NCBI GenBank assembly: GCA_963804995.1
Contig: CAWDSK010000005.1
Coordinates: forward strand, 160,001 to 224,000
Direction of reading: 5' to 3'
Source of the DNA: an uncultured Acidobacteriota bacterium
Lineage (GTDB): Bacteria > Acidobacteriota > Terriglobia > UBA7540
DNA: 64,000 nt
Each line of letters opens with the position of its first letter. Within the stretch, counting starts at the first letter, position 1. Shown in pieces: positions 41,414-49,865 of the stretch. The notes beneath the pieces were generated by a model, which was not told the origin of the DNA, searched no databases, and saw only the letters and a list, made by a program, of their open reading frames with translations. The translations under genes and the position numbers were made by a program.

Positions 41414-41728
41414 TCACGGCTTGTTTGCAAGCGCTTTTTCCACTGCGACCGGGTTTCGATCAATCACCGTCAAGTAGGCACGTACGGCGCTTTCTGGCCG
41501 CCTGCGTCCTTGCTCCCATTCCTGGAGCGAGCGGGAGCTCACAGCGTAGCGCCGCGAGAATTCCGCTTGCGACAAGCCCAACTTGGACCGGATTGCCCTG
41601 ACGTCGACATCCTCAGGAACCTCAACGTAGCGCATGGGAAGGGCCGTCCGTCCCTCCACGTGGTCCACAACTTCTTTCATGGCGGCGATCAAACGCTTGC
41701 CCACTTTGGAGTGCTTGGTTTTGGTCAT
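41414..41728 (-). CDS. XRE-family HTH antitoxin (HigA-like)
   Basis: DVRAIRSKLGLSQAEFS...LQEWEQGRRRP. Confidence 0.85.
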   Translation of the reverse strand: MTKTKHSKVGKRLIAAMKEVVDHVEGRTALPMRYVEVPEDVDVRAIRSKLGLSQAEFSRRYAVSSRSLQEWEQGRRRPESAVRAYLTVIDRNPVAVEKALANKP

Positions 41729-41816
41729 TGCCCACCCCTCAAACGATTTACTAACTCCTTCAATTGATGCTTGTCCGTTTCTCATAGCCGCTGGTGTAGG
41801 CAATTGCGGCACTCAT
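41725..41816 (-). pseudogene. Internally deleted RelE/HigB-like toxin
   Basis: MSAAIAYTSGYEKR is joined out of frame to TDKHQLKELVNRLRGGQ*, whose stop overlaps the antitoxin start (ATGA). Confidence 0.55.
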
Positions 41817-41822
41817 GCTCGG

Positions 41823-41851
41823 ATTATACGGCGTTGACGGACAACGGTCAA
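41823..41851 (-). promoter_or_regulatory. Sigma70 promoter with palindromic operator for the TA operon
   Basis: TTGACC-N17-TATAAT containing TTGAC...GTCAA and CGTTG-N5-CAACG inverted repeats. Confidence 0.75.
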
Positions 41852-42023
41852 GCGCGAGGAGAGAAAGGGCGTCAGGGGCGGAGAGAAAGCGGGTAGCGCG
41901 AGGTAGCGTAGTTCAGCTTCCTCCGCGGCCCTTAACATGGCAACAACGTTTTCCGACATTCAAATACCAGTTAATGCCCGAGGGAAAAGCCGCAGACGAA
42001 GCTAAACGGCGGCTACGTCTGCG

Positions 42024-42968
42024 CTACCCCGCTGTTAAAGTACAATTCTCAATCTTCAGGTTTTTGAATTCGACCCGATCGTGCCAATGCGCAAAACCTA
42101 GCCTCCCTCTAAATCGCGTTTTGCCAATGTCGCAACTGAAACTCATCACCCTTCTGTCATCAATCAAAAATGCACAATCTTTACCCTTCTTTTCAATCGT
42201 AAAGGAATACCAGCGACCAGCTTGCGGCCCAAGCCATGAGATCGACTGTTGACCTCGTTCCCGTTGGAGGTCATCAGTCATGTAGTCTTGTCGAACCCCG
42301 CCGGAAAAGTACAAGATCATTGAGTCCCCGACTATGGTGTCAATTTCATTGGTATCCGATGTATGGGCTACGACACGCGCCTGAAATGTTATTCGAGCGT
42401 TTTGAGGGATCAGGCCTCGCCACAAAACAGTACCCTCAACCTTGCCCGTGATCCAGTTATTCCCAATTTCCCAATTTGCTGTGTTGTTTGGAGGCACCTC
42501 CCAATTATCACGGATCACCCAGCCAGCGCTCGATGCTACATCCGTGACTCGGAAGTTCGTTGGATTCTCGTTCGTGTCTTTGACAGACGCACCCCGTGTG
42601 TCCGCTGTCGAAACCTCCGTCTGCGTATCATTAATTCGGGAAATGACTGGCCTCAGGAGAAAAACCAGCAGTTTTATGTAGAGCCATTCGTAAGCAAAGA
42701 GAACTACGCGCAGCAGGAATGATCGTGTCCAGTACCCAAGCATGAGAACCAAGCAACCTATAATGTAAGGGCGACACCGAATAAGCAGGGCAATTCCTGG
42801 GCTCAGTATGCTTGGAAATTTGTTTAGCGTTTCCGGCTTAAGGGGGCCAATGACCGTGAAGACAGTCGCAATGACGGTGAAGATAGCCGCAATGGCAGTA
42901 AAGGCAGCTACAACCCAGGGTAGCCATCCTGGAGGATTGTTCCACGAATTCCTTTGGGCGTCTGGCAT
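42024..42968 (-). CDS. Hypothetical membrane protein with a C-terminal concanavalin-like (DUF1080-like) domain
   Basis: N-terminal TM helices; C-terminal WYSFTI...GRLGFAHW...VEFKNLKI; low GC. Confidence 0.6.
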   Translation of the reverse strand: MPDAQRNSWNNPPGWLPWVVAAFTAIAAIFTVIATVFTVIGPLKPETLNKFPSILSPGIALLIRCRPYIIGCLVLMLGYWTRSFLLRVVLFAYEWLYIKLLVFLLRPVISRINDTQTEVSTADTRGASVKDTNENPTNFRVTDVASSAGWVIRDNWEVPPNNTANWEIGNNWITGKVEGTVLWRGLIPQNARITFQARVVAHTSDTNEIDTIVGDSMILYFSGGVRQDYMTDDLQRERGQQSISWLGPQAGRWYSFTIEKKGKDCAFLIDDRRVMSFSCDIGKTRFRGRLGFAHWHDRVEFKNLKIENCTLTAG

Positions 42969-43154
42969 AACGTGTTCCTAAATCGACTGAGATATATACC
43001 CAAGAACTACTACTGGTTTCCGTTTTTCCTCCGGGATGTTAGCACTTTTGGCTACAAAGAGAGAATGAATTGGATTGCCAGCTACCCGCATTTCGAGGAT
43101 TGAAAAAGGTCGAAGGAAGAGGACAAAAACAAGGCAAACAAAAGAAACAAAAGG

Positions 43155-43275
43155 GTGGCTGGCGCAGACACGTAGTTCAGTGTCTGCGTTTCTCGAAGTC
43201 CCGATCTGAACAATCTCAAAATACAGGTCCCTTCGGGATCGCAGACTGCAACAGGCAGCAGTCTGCGCCAGCCTC
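43155..43275. repeat. Inverted pair of REP-like hairpins
   Basis: GGCTGGCGCAGACAC...GTGTCTGCG and CGCAGACTGC...GCAGTCTGCGCCAGCC. Confidence 0.65.
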
Positions 43276-43308
43276 GATCGTTTCCGGGGCGACGGTAAGC
43301 AAAATTCT

Positions 43309-43662
43309 TCAAAGAGAAGTCTGCCAGTTTATGACCTCCAGGAGTACTGCACAGGATGTCCGCGGCCCCCACACAGTGTTTTTCAATCCCCAATAGTAAA
43401 AATGGTTTCTCCCTCCGTCAGGCCGCACCTCGGAGGTATTGTTACCGGGTCCAGAGTACAAAATTATAGTATCTCCGGCTTTCACGGGACGTGGTCCGAA
43501 CCAATATGCCGCCCTGAGACCGGCCTGCACGCGTCCCATCAGAGATCGTACGCTAAGAAGTACTGCGTAATAGGAAAGATCGGTATCAGCTAGAGCTTCG
43601 ATATGCAGCCGCTCCCGGTTCGCAATGCCACGATCAGCGATAGTAACAATGTTGAGATTCAT
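43309..43662 (-). CDS. Hypothetical beta-rich protein (lamin-tail-like)
   Basis: MNLNIVTIADRG..NRERL...YWF....VKAGDTIILYSG.G...FYYWG...VW; ATGA-coupled to the upstream gene. Confidence 0.65.
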   Translation of the reverse strand: MNLNIVTIADRGIANRERLHIEALADTDLSYYAVLLSVRSLMGRVQAGLRAAYWFGPRPVKAGDTIILYSGPGNNTSEVRPDGGRNHFYYWGLKNTVWGPRTSCAVLLEVINWQTSL

Positions 43663-44150
43663 CTTCTGAACAGTCTCGCGACGACCGCACCGATGACAAG
43701 TAGAGAGCCAACTATCATACAAACCGCGATTTTCGCTGTCTTGTCCGACAACCATGGTGCGAGTCCGATGAGTAGGCTTCCAATCGTGAGCCCGGCTCCA
43801 ATAATGATGTCGAACGCGTTCTGCGTTTTGAGTTTTTCTTCTAATATTGCGGCTCGCTTGTCAGCTTCGTGAAACCGCTCCACGTATCCCGTCAAACTCT
43901 CACATTCATTATCGGCTCGATCTAACTGGTCTAGTAAGAGCTTCTGTACCCCAGAATTCCCAAGCTCTGTTTCTGTGAGCTGTCGTCTGAGGTTTTGGAA
44001 TGCCTGCCTTCCTCCAGTCGCCGCAATTGTCGTTTGAGTGGCCACGACCTCACTAACCGACACCTCGATTCCCGGTGCATGGGTTGCCTGATCTTCGGCT
44101 AATTGGCCTTCTTTCGGAGTGTTCCCTGGCGTCAAAGGCTCTGGGCTCAT
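43659..44150 (-). CDS. Hypothetical coiled-coil protein with two C-terminal TM helices
   Basis: Heptad-rich central region followed by two hydrophobic segments. Confidence 0.7.
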   Translation of the reverse strand: MSPEPLTPGNTPKEGQLAEDQATHAPGIEVSVSEVVATQTTIAATGGRQAFQNLRRQLTETELGNSGVQKLLLDQLDRADNECESLTGYVERFHEADKRAAILEEKLKTQNAFDIIIGAGLTIGSLLIGLAPWLSDKTAKIAVCMIVGSLLVIGAVVARLFRR

Positions 44151-44334
44151 ACGCACCCTCAGAATCCCGATCTAGAAGCGTATCAGTATACACCCGTGAC
44201 AATTGGCACCAGTGTGATATTGGAAAAGCAAACCCCCAATTGACCGCATTTTCATCCCGAAGATTTCCACCGAACATAGGAATCCGGGACAGGCACGATA
44301 TTTCCTATTTCTTGTGGCCATCCTTCAGGGTTCT

Positions 44335-44425
44335 GAGCCCCGAAGGGGCGAAATAACAAAGCCCAGGCCAACGGCCTGGGTCAACGGGACCCCAACCGAT
44401 ACCCGAGCCCTGAAGGGGCGGAACA
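44335..44425. repeat. REP-like cluster (AGCCC(C/T)GAAGGGGCG, CCCAGGCC..GGCCTGGG)
   Basis: Same hairpin family, in inverted orientation, as the 121-bp array units. Confidence 0.7.
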
Positions 44426-44426
44426 A

Positions 44427-44490
44427 TCAATCCCACACGTACCGCTCGTCGTAGGCAATGCCGTGCGCGTCCAACAGCTTCTGGAATTCC
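44427..44490 (-). pseudogene. C-terminal remnant of an IS200-like (Y1/RAYT-type) transposase
   Basis: EFQKLLDAHGIAYDERYVWD* resembles the C-terminus of IS200-like TnpA proteins. Confidence 0.65.
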
Positions 44491-44607
44491 GCTGGCCACG
44501 TGGTGGTGGATTTATTGTTTCACCACCAAGGCACAAAAAAGGACCTCCTCGAAAATTCACTGTCTGTCTTGGTTTGTTAGTGGTGATGAACTTGGGGTTG
44601 CGAAAGC

Positions 44608-45328
44608 GATTGCGGCATGGGGGAATAGGTATCCCGCCCTTTCAGGGCTGGCGGCAAAATTTGGGGTAATCTAAACCCAGGCCTTCAGCCTGGGCTTTGG
44701 AATTTCGCCCCTTTGGGGCTAAGGGGGAGATTGCGGCGTGAGGGAACACCTATCCCGCCCTTTCAGGGCTGGCGGCAAAATTTGGGGTAATCTAAACCCA
44801 GGCCTTCAGCCTGGGCTTTGGAATTTCGCCCCTTTGGGGCTAAGGGGGAGATTGCGGCATGGGGGAATAGGTATCCCGCCCTTTCAGGGCTGGCGGCAAG
44901 ATTTGGGGGTAATCTAAACCCAGGCCTTCAGCCTGGGCTTTGGAATTTCGCCCCTTTGGGGCTAAGGGGGAGATTGCGGCATGGGGGAACACCTATCCCG
45001 CCCTTTCAGGGCTGGCGGCGAAATTTGGGGTAATCTAAACCCAGGCCTTCAGCCTGGGCTTTGGAATTTCGCCCCTTTGGGGCTAAGGGGGAGATTGCGG
45101 CATGGGGGAATAGGTATCCCGCCCTTTCAGGGCTGGCGGCAAAATTTGGGGTAATCTAAACCCAGGCCTTCAGCCTGGGCTTTGGAATTTCGCCCCTTTG
45201 GGGCTAAGGGGGAGATTGCGGCATGGGGGAACACCTATCCCGCCCTTTCAGGGCTGGCGGCGAAATTTGGGGTAATCTAAACCCAGGCCTTCAGCCTGGG
45301 CTTTGGAATTTCGCCCCTTTGGGGCTGA
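44608..45328. repeat. Six-unit 121-bp tandem array of REP-like hairpins, alternating A/B variants
   Basis: Unit starts at 44608, 44729, 44850, 44972, 45093 and 45214; GAA-TAGGT-ATCCC alternates with GAA-CACCT-ATCCC. Confidence 0.92.
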
Positions 45329-46003
45329 GCGGGTAGCGCACAGGTGCGCGTGTTGTGCGTTCCCGTGTGGCCCTTCCCCGCGCGCTCACGCGAACCAGCA
45401 GCCGGGCACCAAAAGACAGTGGCTACTGGCGCGTGACGGGAGAACCGGGGAACGGGACACGGGATTCGGGATACGGGAGCAAATCCAGGGCTCGGGAAGT
45501 AGAGTGGCGAGTGACGAGTCGACAGGCCGACTCCCGAGTCCCGTTTCCCGTCCTTGGCCCCCTCGCAGTGCCCCCGACACTCCCCCGCTTCGTTTATCGG
45601 CGGTTTTTGGGGATGAGATGAGGATTTTCCCTGGCGGGGCGGAAAGCAGCAGCTTCGCCCCGTACCGGGCGGTACGGGGCTTCGCGGCCGCACTCCAAAG
45701 CGCCTGCGGCGCAAGTGACCCCTCATCCGGCCCGCGGTGGCTCAACCCTACCGAGAGCCTCGTCGGTGGCCAGTTCGACGTTTCCTCTTCGGTTAAGCAA
45801 GCGTAGCGCGGACCTGGTCTTTTAGGTCCGCGGCTTTTCGTGCCTGCCAGACGCGAATTAAAATCTCAATGCTGCGGGCGTTTATTAGCAGGCCGTACTA
45901 TGCTATGGTGCAAAGCTGTCTCCTTTCGTAAAATACATACTTGCATTTCGCGTTTCGAATTTCGCGTTTCGAGTTTCGAATTTCGACTTATGATGGTTCC
46001 CGA

Positions 46004-46897
46004 GTGGATTCCTTGGACAACGTAATTTCAGAACCTCTATTTCGGCGTGTGGCGATAGTCGGCCTGGGCCTGCTGGGAGGTTCGTGGGGTCTGGCGCTCA
46101 AAAAGATTGGCTTCACTGGCCACATCGTGGGCTATGCCAGGCGCGCCGAGACGCGCGAAACGGCTCTCAGCGAGGGCGCGATTGACGAAGTATTCGCTGA
46201 TGTAACCGAAGCCGTGCGCGGCGCCGACCTGGTGATCCTGGCGACGCCGGTCGCGGTGATTCTCGATCACCTCCCACGCCTTGAACCGCATCTGTCCCCG
46301 CGGGCGCTCATCACGGATGTGGGCAGCACCAAGCGGCGGATATGCGAACGGGCGGCGGAGCTTTATACCCACGGGGCGCTGTTTCTGGGCGGGCATCCGA
46401 TGGCGGGTAAGGAGCGCTCGGGAATTGCGAACGCTGACGCGCGGATTTTTGAAAATGCCCGTTACGTGCTGACGCCGGCTAAGCCGGAAGATCTTGACGA
46501 CGACCGCGTGCAGGCGTTTCGCGCGCTCGTGACGGCCATCGGGGCGCGTCCGCTCACGAGCGATCCGGCCACCCATGACCTGGCCGTCGCGTATCTTTCC
46601 CATCTCCCCCAATTGCTCTCCTCGAGCCTGGCCAGCCTGATTGAGGAGAAGCACACGGCTGGCGACCTGTCTCTGGAATTGGCGGCCACGGGATTCCGAG
46701 ACATGACTCGCCTGGCCGAGAGCCCTTACTCCATCTGGCGCGACATTTGCCTGACTAACATTGAGAATATTCAGGTGGCGCTGGAAGCGTTGACTCAGAA
46801 ATTGGAGTCGATGAAGCTGCACTTGAGTGACCGTGAACTTGAGCGGGAGTTCCATCAGGCCTCGCGTTTGCGTGATAAGCTGCGTGCGATCGGCTAA
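46004..46897 (+). CDS. tyrA: Prephenate/arogenate dehydrogenase
   Basis: GLGLLGGS, TDVGSTK, GGHPMAGKE, HD..VA..SHLPQ and GFRDMTRLA motifs. Confidence 0.92.
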   Translation: MDSLDNVISEPLFRRVAIVGLGLLGGSWGLALKKIGFTGHIVGYARRAETRETALSEGAIDEVFADVTEAVRGADLVILATPVAVILDHLPRLEPHLSPRALITDVGSTKRRICERAAELYTHGALFLGGHPMAGKERSGIANADARIFENARYVLTPAKPEDLDDDRVQAFRALVTAIGARPLTSDPATHDLAVAYLSHLPQLLSSSLASLIEEKHTAGDLSLELAATGFRDMTRLAESPYSIWRDICLTNIENIQVALEALTQKLESMKLHLSDRELEREFHQASRLRDKLRAIG

Positions 46898-46999
46898 TGC
46901 CACAGCCGGCACCCACGGGTAGTGACTCATTTTGATGTGCCACGGCCGACCTGCCCCGATGCATCGGGGTCTTGGCCGTGACTGGACACGCGCGGGAGA

Positions 47000-47283
47000 A
47001 GCTGTGAAAGAATCCCCGCATAACTTTCACCGCAGAGGCGCGAAGGCGCAGAGGTCTGAAAACGAAGAGGCATTTCTCTGCGTCTCAGCGTCTCTGCTAT
47101 GAAAATGCACGTGCCAAAGGCACCTTGGAGTGCGGCGGCTCGACGCCGCCTTGAATTTACGCCGAGGACGATGACGAAGGCGGCGTCGAGCCGCCGCACT
47201 CCAAGGTGCTTCGCACATTTTCATGTACAGTGGCGAGCCGAAGTCTCATGGGAATCTGCGGTGAAAATTGCATTCTTTCACAC
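47000..47283. repeat. Nested palindromic elements
   Basis: Outer TGTGAAAGAAT...ATTCTTTCACA; inner TTGGAGTGCGGCGGCTCGACGCCGCC inverted pair. Confidence 0.75.
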
Positions 47284-47383
47284 CTTCGGACGCCCGTGGC
47301 ACTTCGAAATGCGTCACCACTCACCCTCGTGATCCTCACCTATGAATCCCTGGCGGAGTCATTCCGTGAGGGAGGGAGGCAGG

Positions 47384-47893
47384 ATGATACTAAAACAGGT
47401 TTTCGAAATTCTCGCCACCACGCCGGAGAAGCTGAAGCGCGAGGTATCTTCTCTTTCGCAACGAGGGATGCAAACGCGTCCCGCGCCCAATAAGTGGTCC
47501 GTCCAGGAGGTTCTGGCGCATTTGAATGACCTGGAAGAGATCGGTATGCGCGCCCGCGTGGCGGCGATGGTTGAACAGGATGGGCCGATTCTCAACTCAA
47601 TCGATCCCGACGCACGGGCCGTGGAAATGCGTTACCAGAGCCGAGACGCCAGGAAAAGTCTCGCAAGTTTCACGCGCCAGCGCCGGGCAAATTTGAAGTG
47701 GCTGAAGAAACTTCGCCCCGACCAATTGCGCTGCAAGGGCACGCACCCGAAGGTCGGGGAAATCACGGTAGAAGAACTGGTCACGGAATGGGCGTTTCAC
47801 GACCTGAGTCACTTGCGACAGATTCTGGAAATCAAGCGCTATGCCCTCTACCCGCGAATTGGGAACATGCGAGCCTTCTACCAATTGAGCTGA
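47384..47893 (+). CDS. DinB family protein
   Basis: WSVQEVLAHL and HDLSHLRQI His motifs. Confidence 0.85.
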   Translation: MILKQVFEILATTPEKLKREVSSLSQRGMQTRPAPNKWSVQEVLAHLNDLEEIGMRARVAAMVEQDGPILNSIDPDARAVEMRYQSRDARKSLASFTRQRRANLKWLKKLRPDQLRCKGTHPKVGEITVEELVTEWAFHDLSHLRQILEIKRYALYPRIGNMRAFYQLS

Positions 47894-47981
47894 GTCAGGG
47901 GTCGATGGCAAACAGGACCCACGGCGTGCAAAGAGTTCGAGCCGGCCACGCTTCATTAGAGACGTGGCGCCGGGAGGTTTC

Positions 47982-48692
47982 TTGAACAAGATATATCCGA
48001 ATGCCGAAGCGGCGCTTGCCGACCTGCCCGACGGGGCAACGATCATGGTGGGAGGGTTCGGGCTCTGCGGAATCCCTGAGAATCTCATCGAGGCTGTACG
48101 CCTGAAGGGCACGCGCGATCTCACGGTCATCAGCAACAACGCGGGAGTGGACGGCCTGGGGGTGGGGCGGTGGCTCGACAACCGGCAAATCAAGAAGATC
48201 ATCGCCACCTACGTGGGAGAGAACAAACTGTTCGAGGAGCTGGTTCTGAAGGGAAATCTGGAAGCCACTCTGGTTCCGCAAGGAACTTTCTCAGAGCGCA
48301 TCCGCGCGGGTGGCGCCGGGATCGCGGGATTCTTCACGCCCACTGGCGTGGGGACGGTGGTTGCGGAAGGCAAAGAAGAACGGGAATTTGAGGGACGAAG
48401 GTACTTGCTCGAGCGCGGCCTCGTTGCCGACTTCGCTCTGATCAAGGCCTGGAAAGGTGACCGTTGGGGGAACTTGATTTACCGGAAGACGGCGCGGAAT
48501 TTCAATCCCCTGATGGCAACGGCGGCGAAGGTAACGATCGCGGAAGTGGAAGAACTGGTCGAACCTGGCGAGCTCAATCCTGACGCGATTATCACGCCGG
48601 GCATTTTTGTGAAGCGGATTCTCCAAGGGACGAATTACGCGAAGCATATTGAGCGACGGACGGTGCGAAAGCGAGCTAATGGACAAACGTGA
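47982..48692 (+). CDS. 3-oxoacid CoA-transferase subunit A
   Basis: [18 protein letters not shown] and [15 protein letters not shown] motifs. Confidence 0.93.
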   Translation: MNKIYPNAEAALADLPDGATIMVGGFGLCGIPENLIEAVRLKGTRDLTVISNNAGVDGLGVGRWLDNRQIKKIIATYVGENKLFEELVLKGNLEATLVPQGTFSERIRAGGAGIAGFFTPTGVGTVVAEGKEEREFEGRRYLLERGLVADFALIKAWKGDRWGNLIYRKTARNFNPLMATAAKVTIAEVEELVEPGELNPDAIITPGIFVKRILQGTNYAKHIERRTVRKRANGQT

Positions 48693-49332
48693 AATCATTG
48701 TGCGGCGAGTGGCGCAGGAGCTGAAGGACGGCTACTACGTAAACCTGGGCATCGGCATGCCGACGCTGGTTGCAAACTACGTGCCGCCGGGCATCGAGGT
48801 TGTGCTGCAATCGGAGAATGGCATGTTGGGCATCGGCCCCTTTCCCTGGGAAGGAGAAGAAGACGCGGACCTGATCAACGCCGGCAAGGAAACGGTCTCG
48901 GAACTTGCCGGGACGTTGTATTTCTCCAGTGCTGATTCGTTCGGGATGATTCGCGGCGGCCACATCGACTTGACCGTCCTAGGTGCGATGGAAGTCGACG
49001 AGCAGGGAAGCCTGGCGAATTGGATGATCCCCGGGAAGATGGTGAAGGGAATGGGCGGCGCCATGGACCTGGTGGCGGGCGCCAAACGCGTGATTGTCGC
49101 GATGGAACACACCACGAAGACCCGCCAGTCGAAGATCCTGAAAAAATGCACGCTGCCTCTGACCGGCGAAAGAGTGGTTCACACGATCGTCACAGAATTG
49201 GCGTACATCGACGTCACCCCCAGCGGCTTGCTGCTGAAAGAGGTTGCTCCGGGGATGACCCCCGAGGCCGTGCAACAACTCACCGAGCCAACACTCAGGA
49301 TCGATCCGAACCTCCGGGTGTTTTCGAGCTGA
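48679..49332 (+). CDS. 3-oxoacid CoA-transferase subunit B
   Basis: NLGIGMP, QSENG and GMGGAMDL motifs. Confidence 0.93.
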   Translation: MDKREIIVRRVAQELKDGYYVNLGIGMPTLVANYVPPGIEVVLQSENGMLGIGPFPWEGEEDADLINAGKETVSELAGTLYFSSADSFGMIRGGHIDLTVLGAMEVDEQGSLANWMIPGKMVKGMGGAMDLVAGAKRVIVAMEHTTKTRQSKILKKCTLPLTGERVVHTIVTELAYIDVTPSGLLLKEVAPGMTPEAVQQLTEPTLRIDPNLRVFSS

Positions 49333-49338
49333 GGATAT

Positions 49339-49656
49339 ATGCAAGTTGATAGCATTGTCATAGTCAGCCTCATCTCTCCCAAGGAAAAAGTGTGGGGCCA
49401 ACTTCTGCTCCTGGAATCAAAGGGTGTCACGGTGCGCGGTGTCGAAATCGATGCCTTTGACGATTTTATCCGGCAGGTCGTCAAGCAGGAGGAGACCGCC
49501 GTGGGCCTGAACACTATTTTCTTTCCCATGCACCGGGTGGAGCGGATCGCTCTCGATGAGCCCAGCGGGTCGATCCCTTCACTGGCCCAGCGCTTTCACT
49601 CCAAAGTGGGATTAACCATCCAAGAATATCTCGGCATCGACGTCCCCCAAGTATGA
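49339..49656 (+). CDS. Conserved hypothetical protein
   Basis: GAGGA RBS; PKEKVWG...FFPMHRVERI; co-oriented with the CoA-transferase genes. Confidence 0.75.
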   Translation: MQVDSIVIVSLISPKEKVWGQLLLLESKGVTVRGVEIDAFDDFIRQVVKQEETAVGLNTIFFPMHRVERIALDEPSGSIPSLAQRFHSKVGLTIQEYLGIDVPQV

Positions 49657-49865
49657 GTCGCGTCAACATCGCCCGCCGGGGCCCTGCCACTGCCGTCCTC
49701 GGACGTCGCCCAGCTCCCTGCCGCTCCCCACTTTCGAAGCAGTTGAGATCAAGCGTTGTGGATTCTTCCGTTCATTTCGAGTAAAATCGATTTCCTAGCC
49801 GGGGCGGTTTCATCTCCGGCCTAGGGGCTTGCACCAAAACCAATTTATCGATCGAGGAGTAGTTA

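Noticed and set aside
44608..45328. CRISPR array
   Set aside because: Units are near-identical over 121 bp with no unique spacers, and no cas genes are present.
40046..46003. Prophage or integrative element
   Set aside because: No integrase, att repeats or phage genes were seen.
49660..49860. Cobalamin riboswitch upstream of the radical SAM gene
   Set aside because: Only an isolated GCCACTG; the other conserved elements are not seen.
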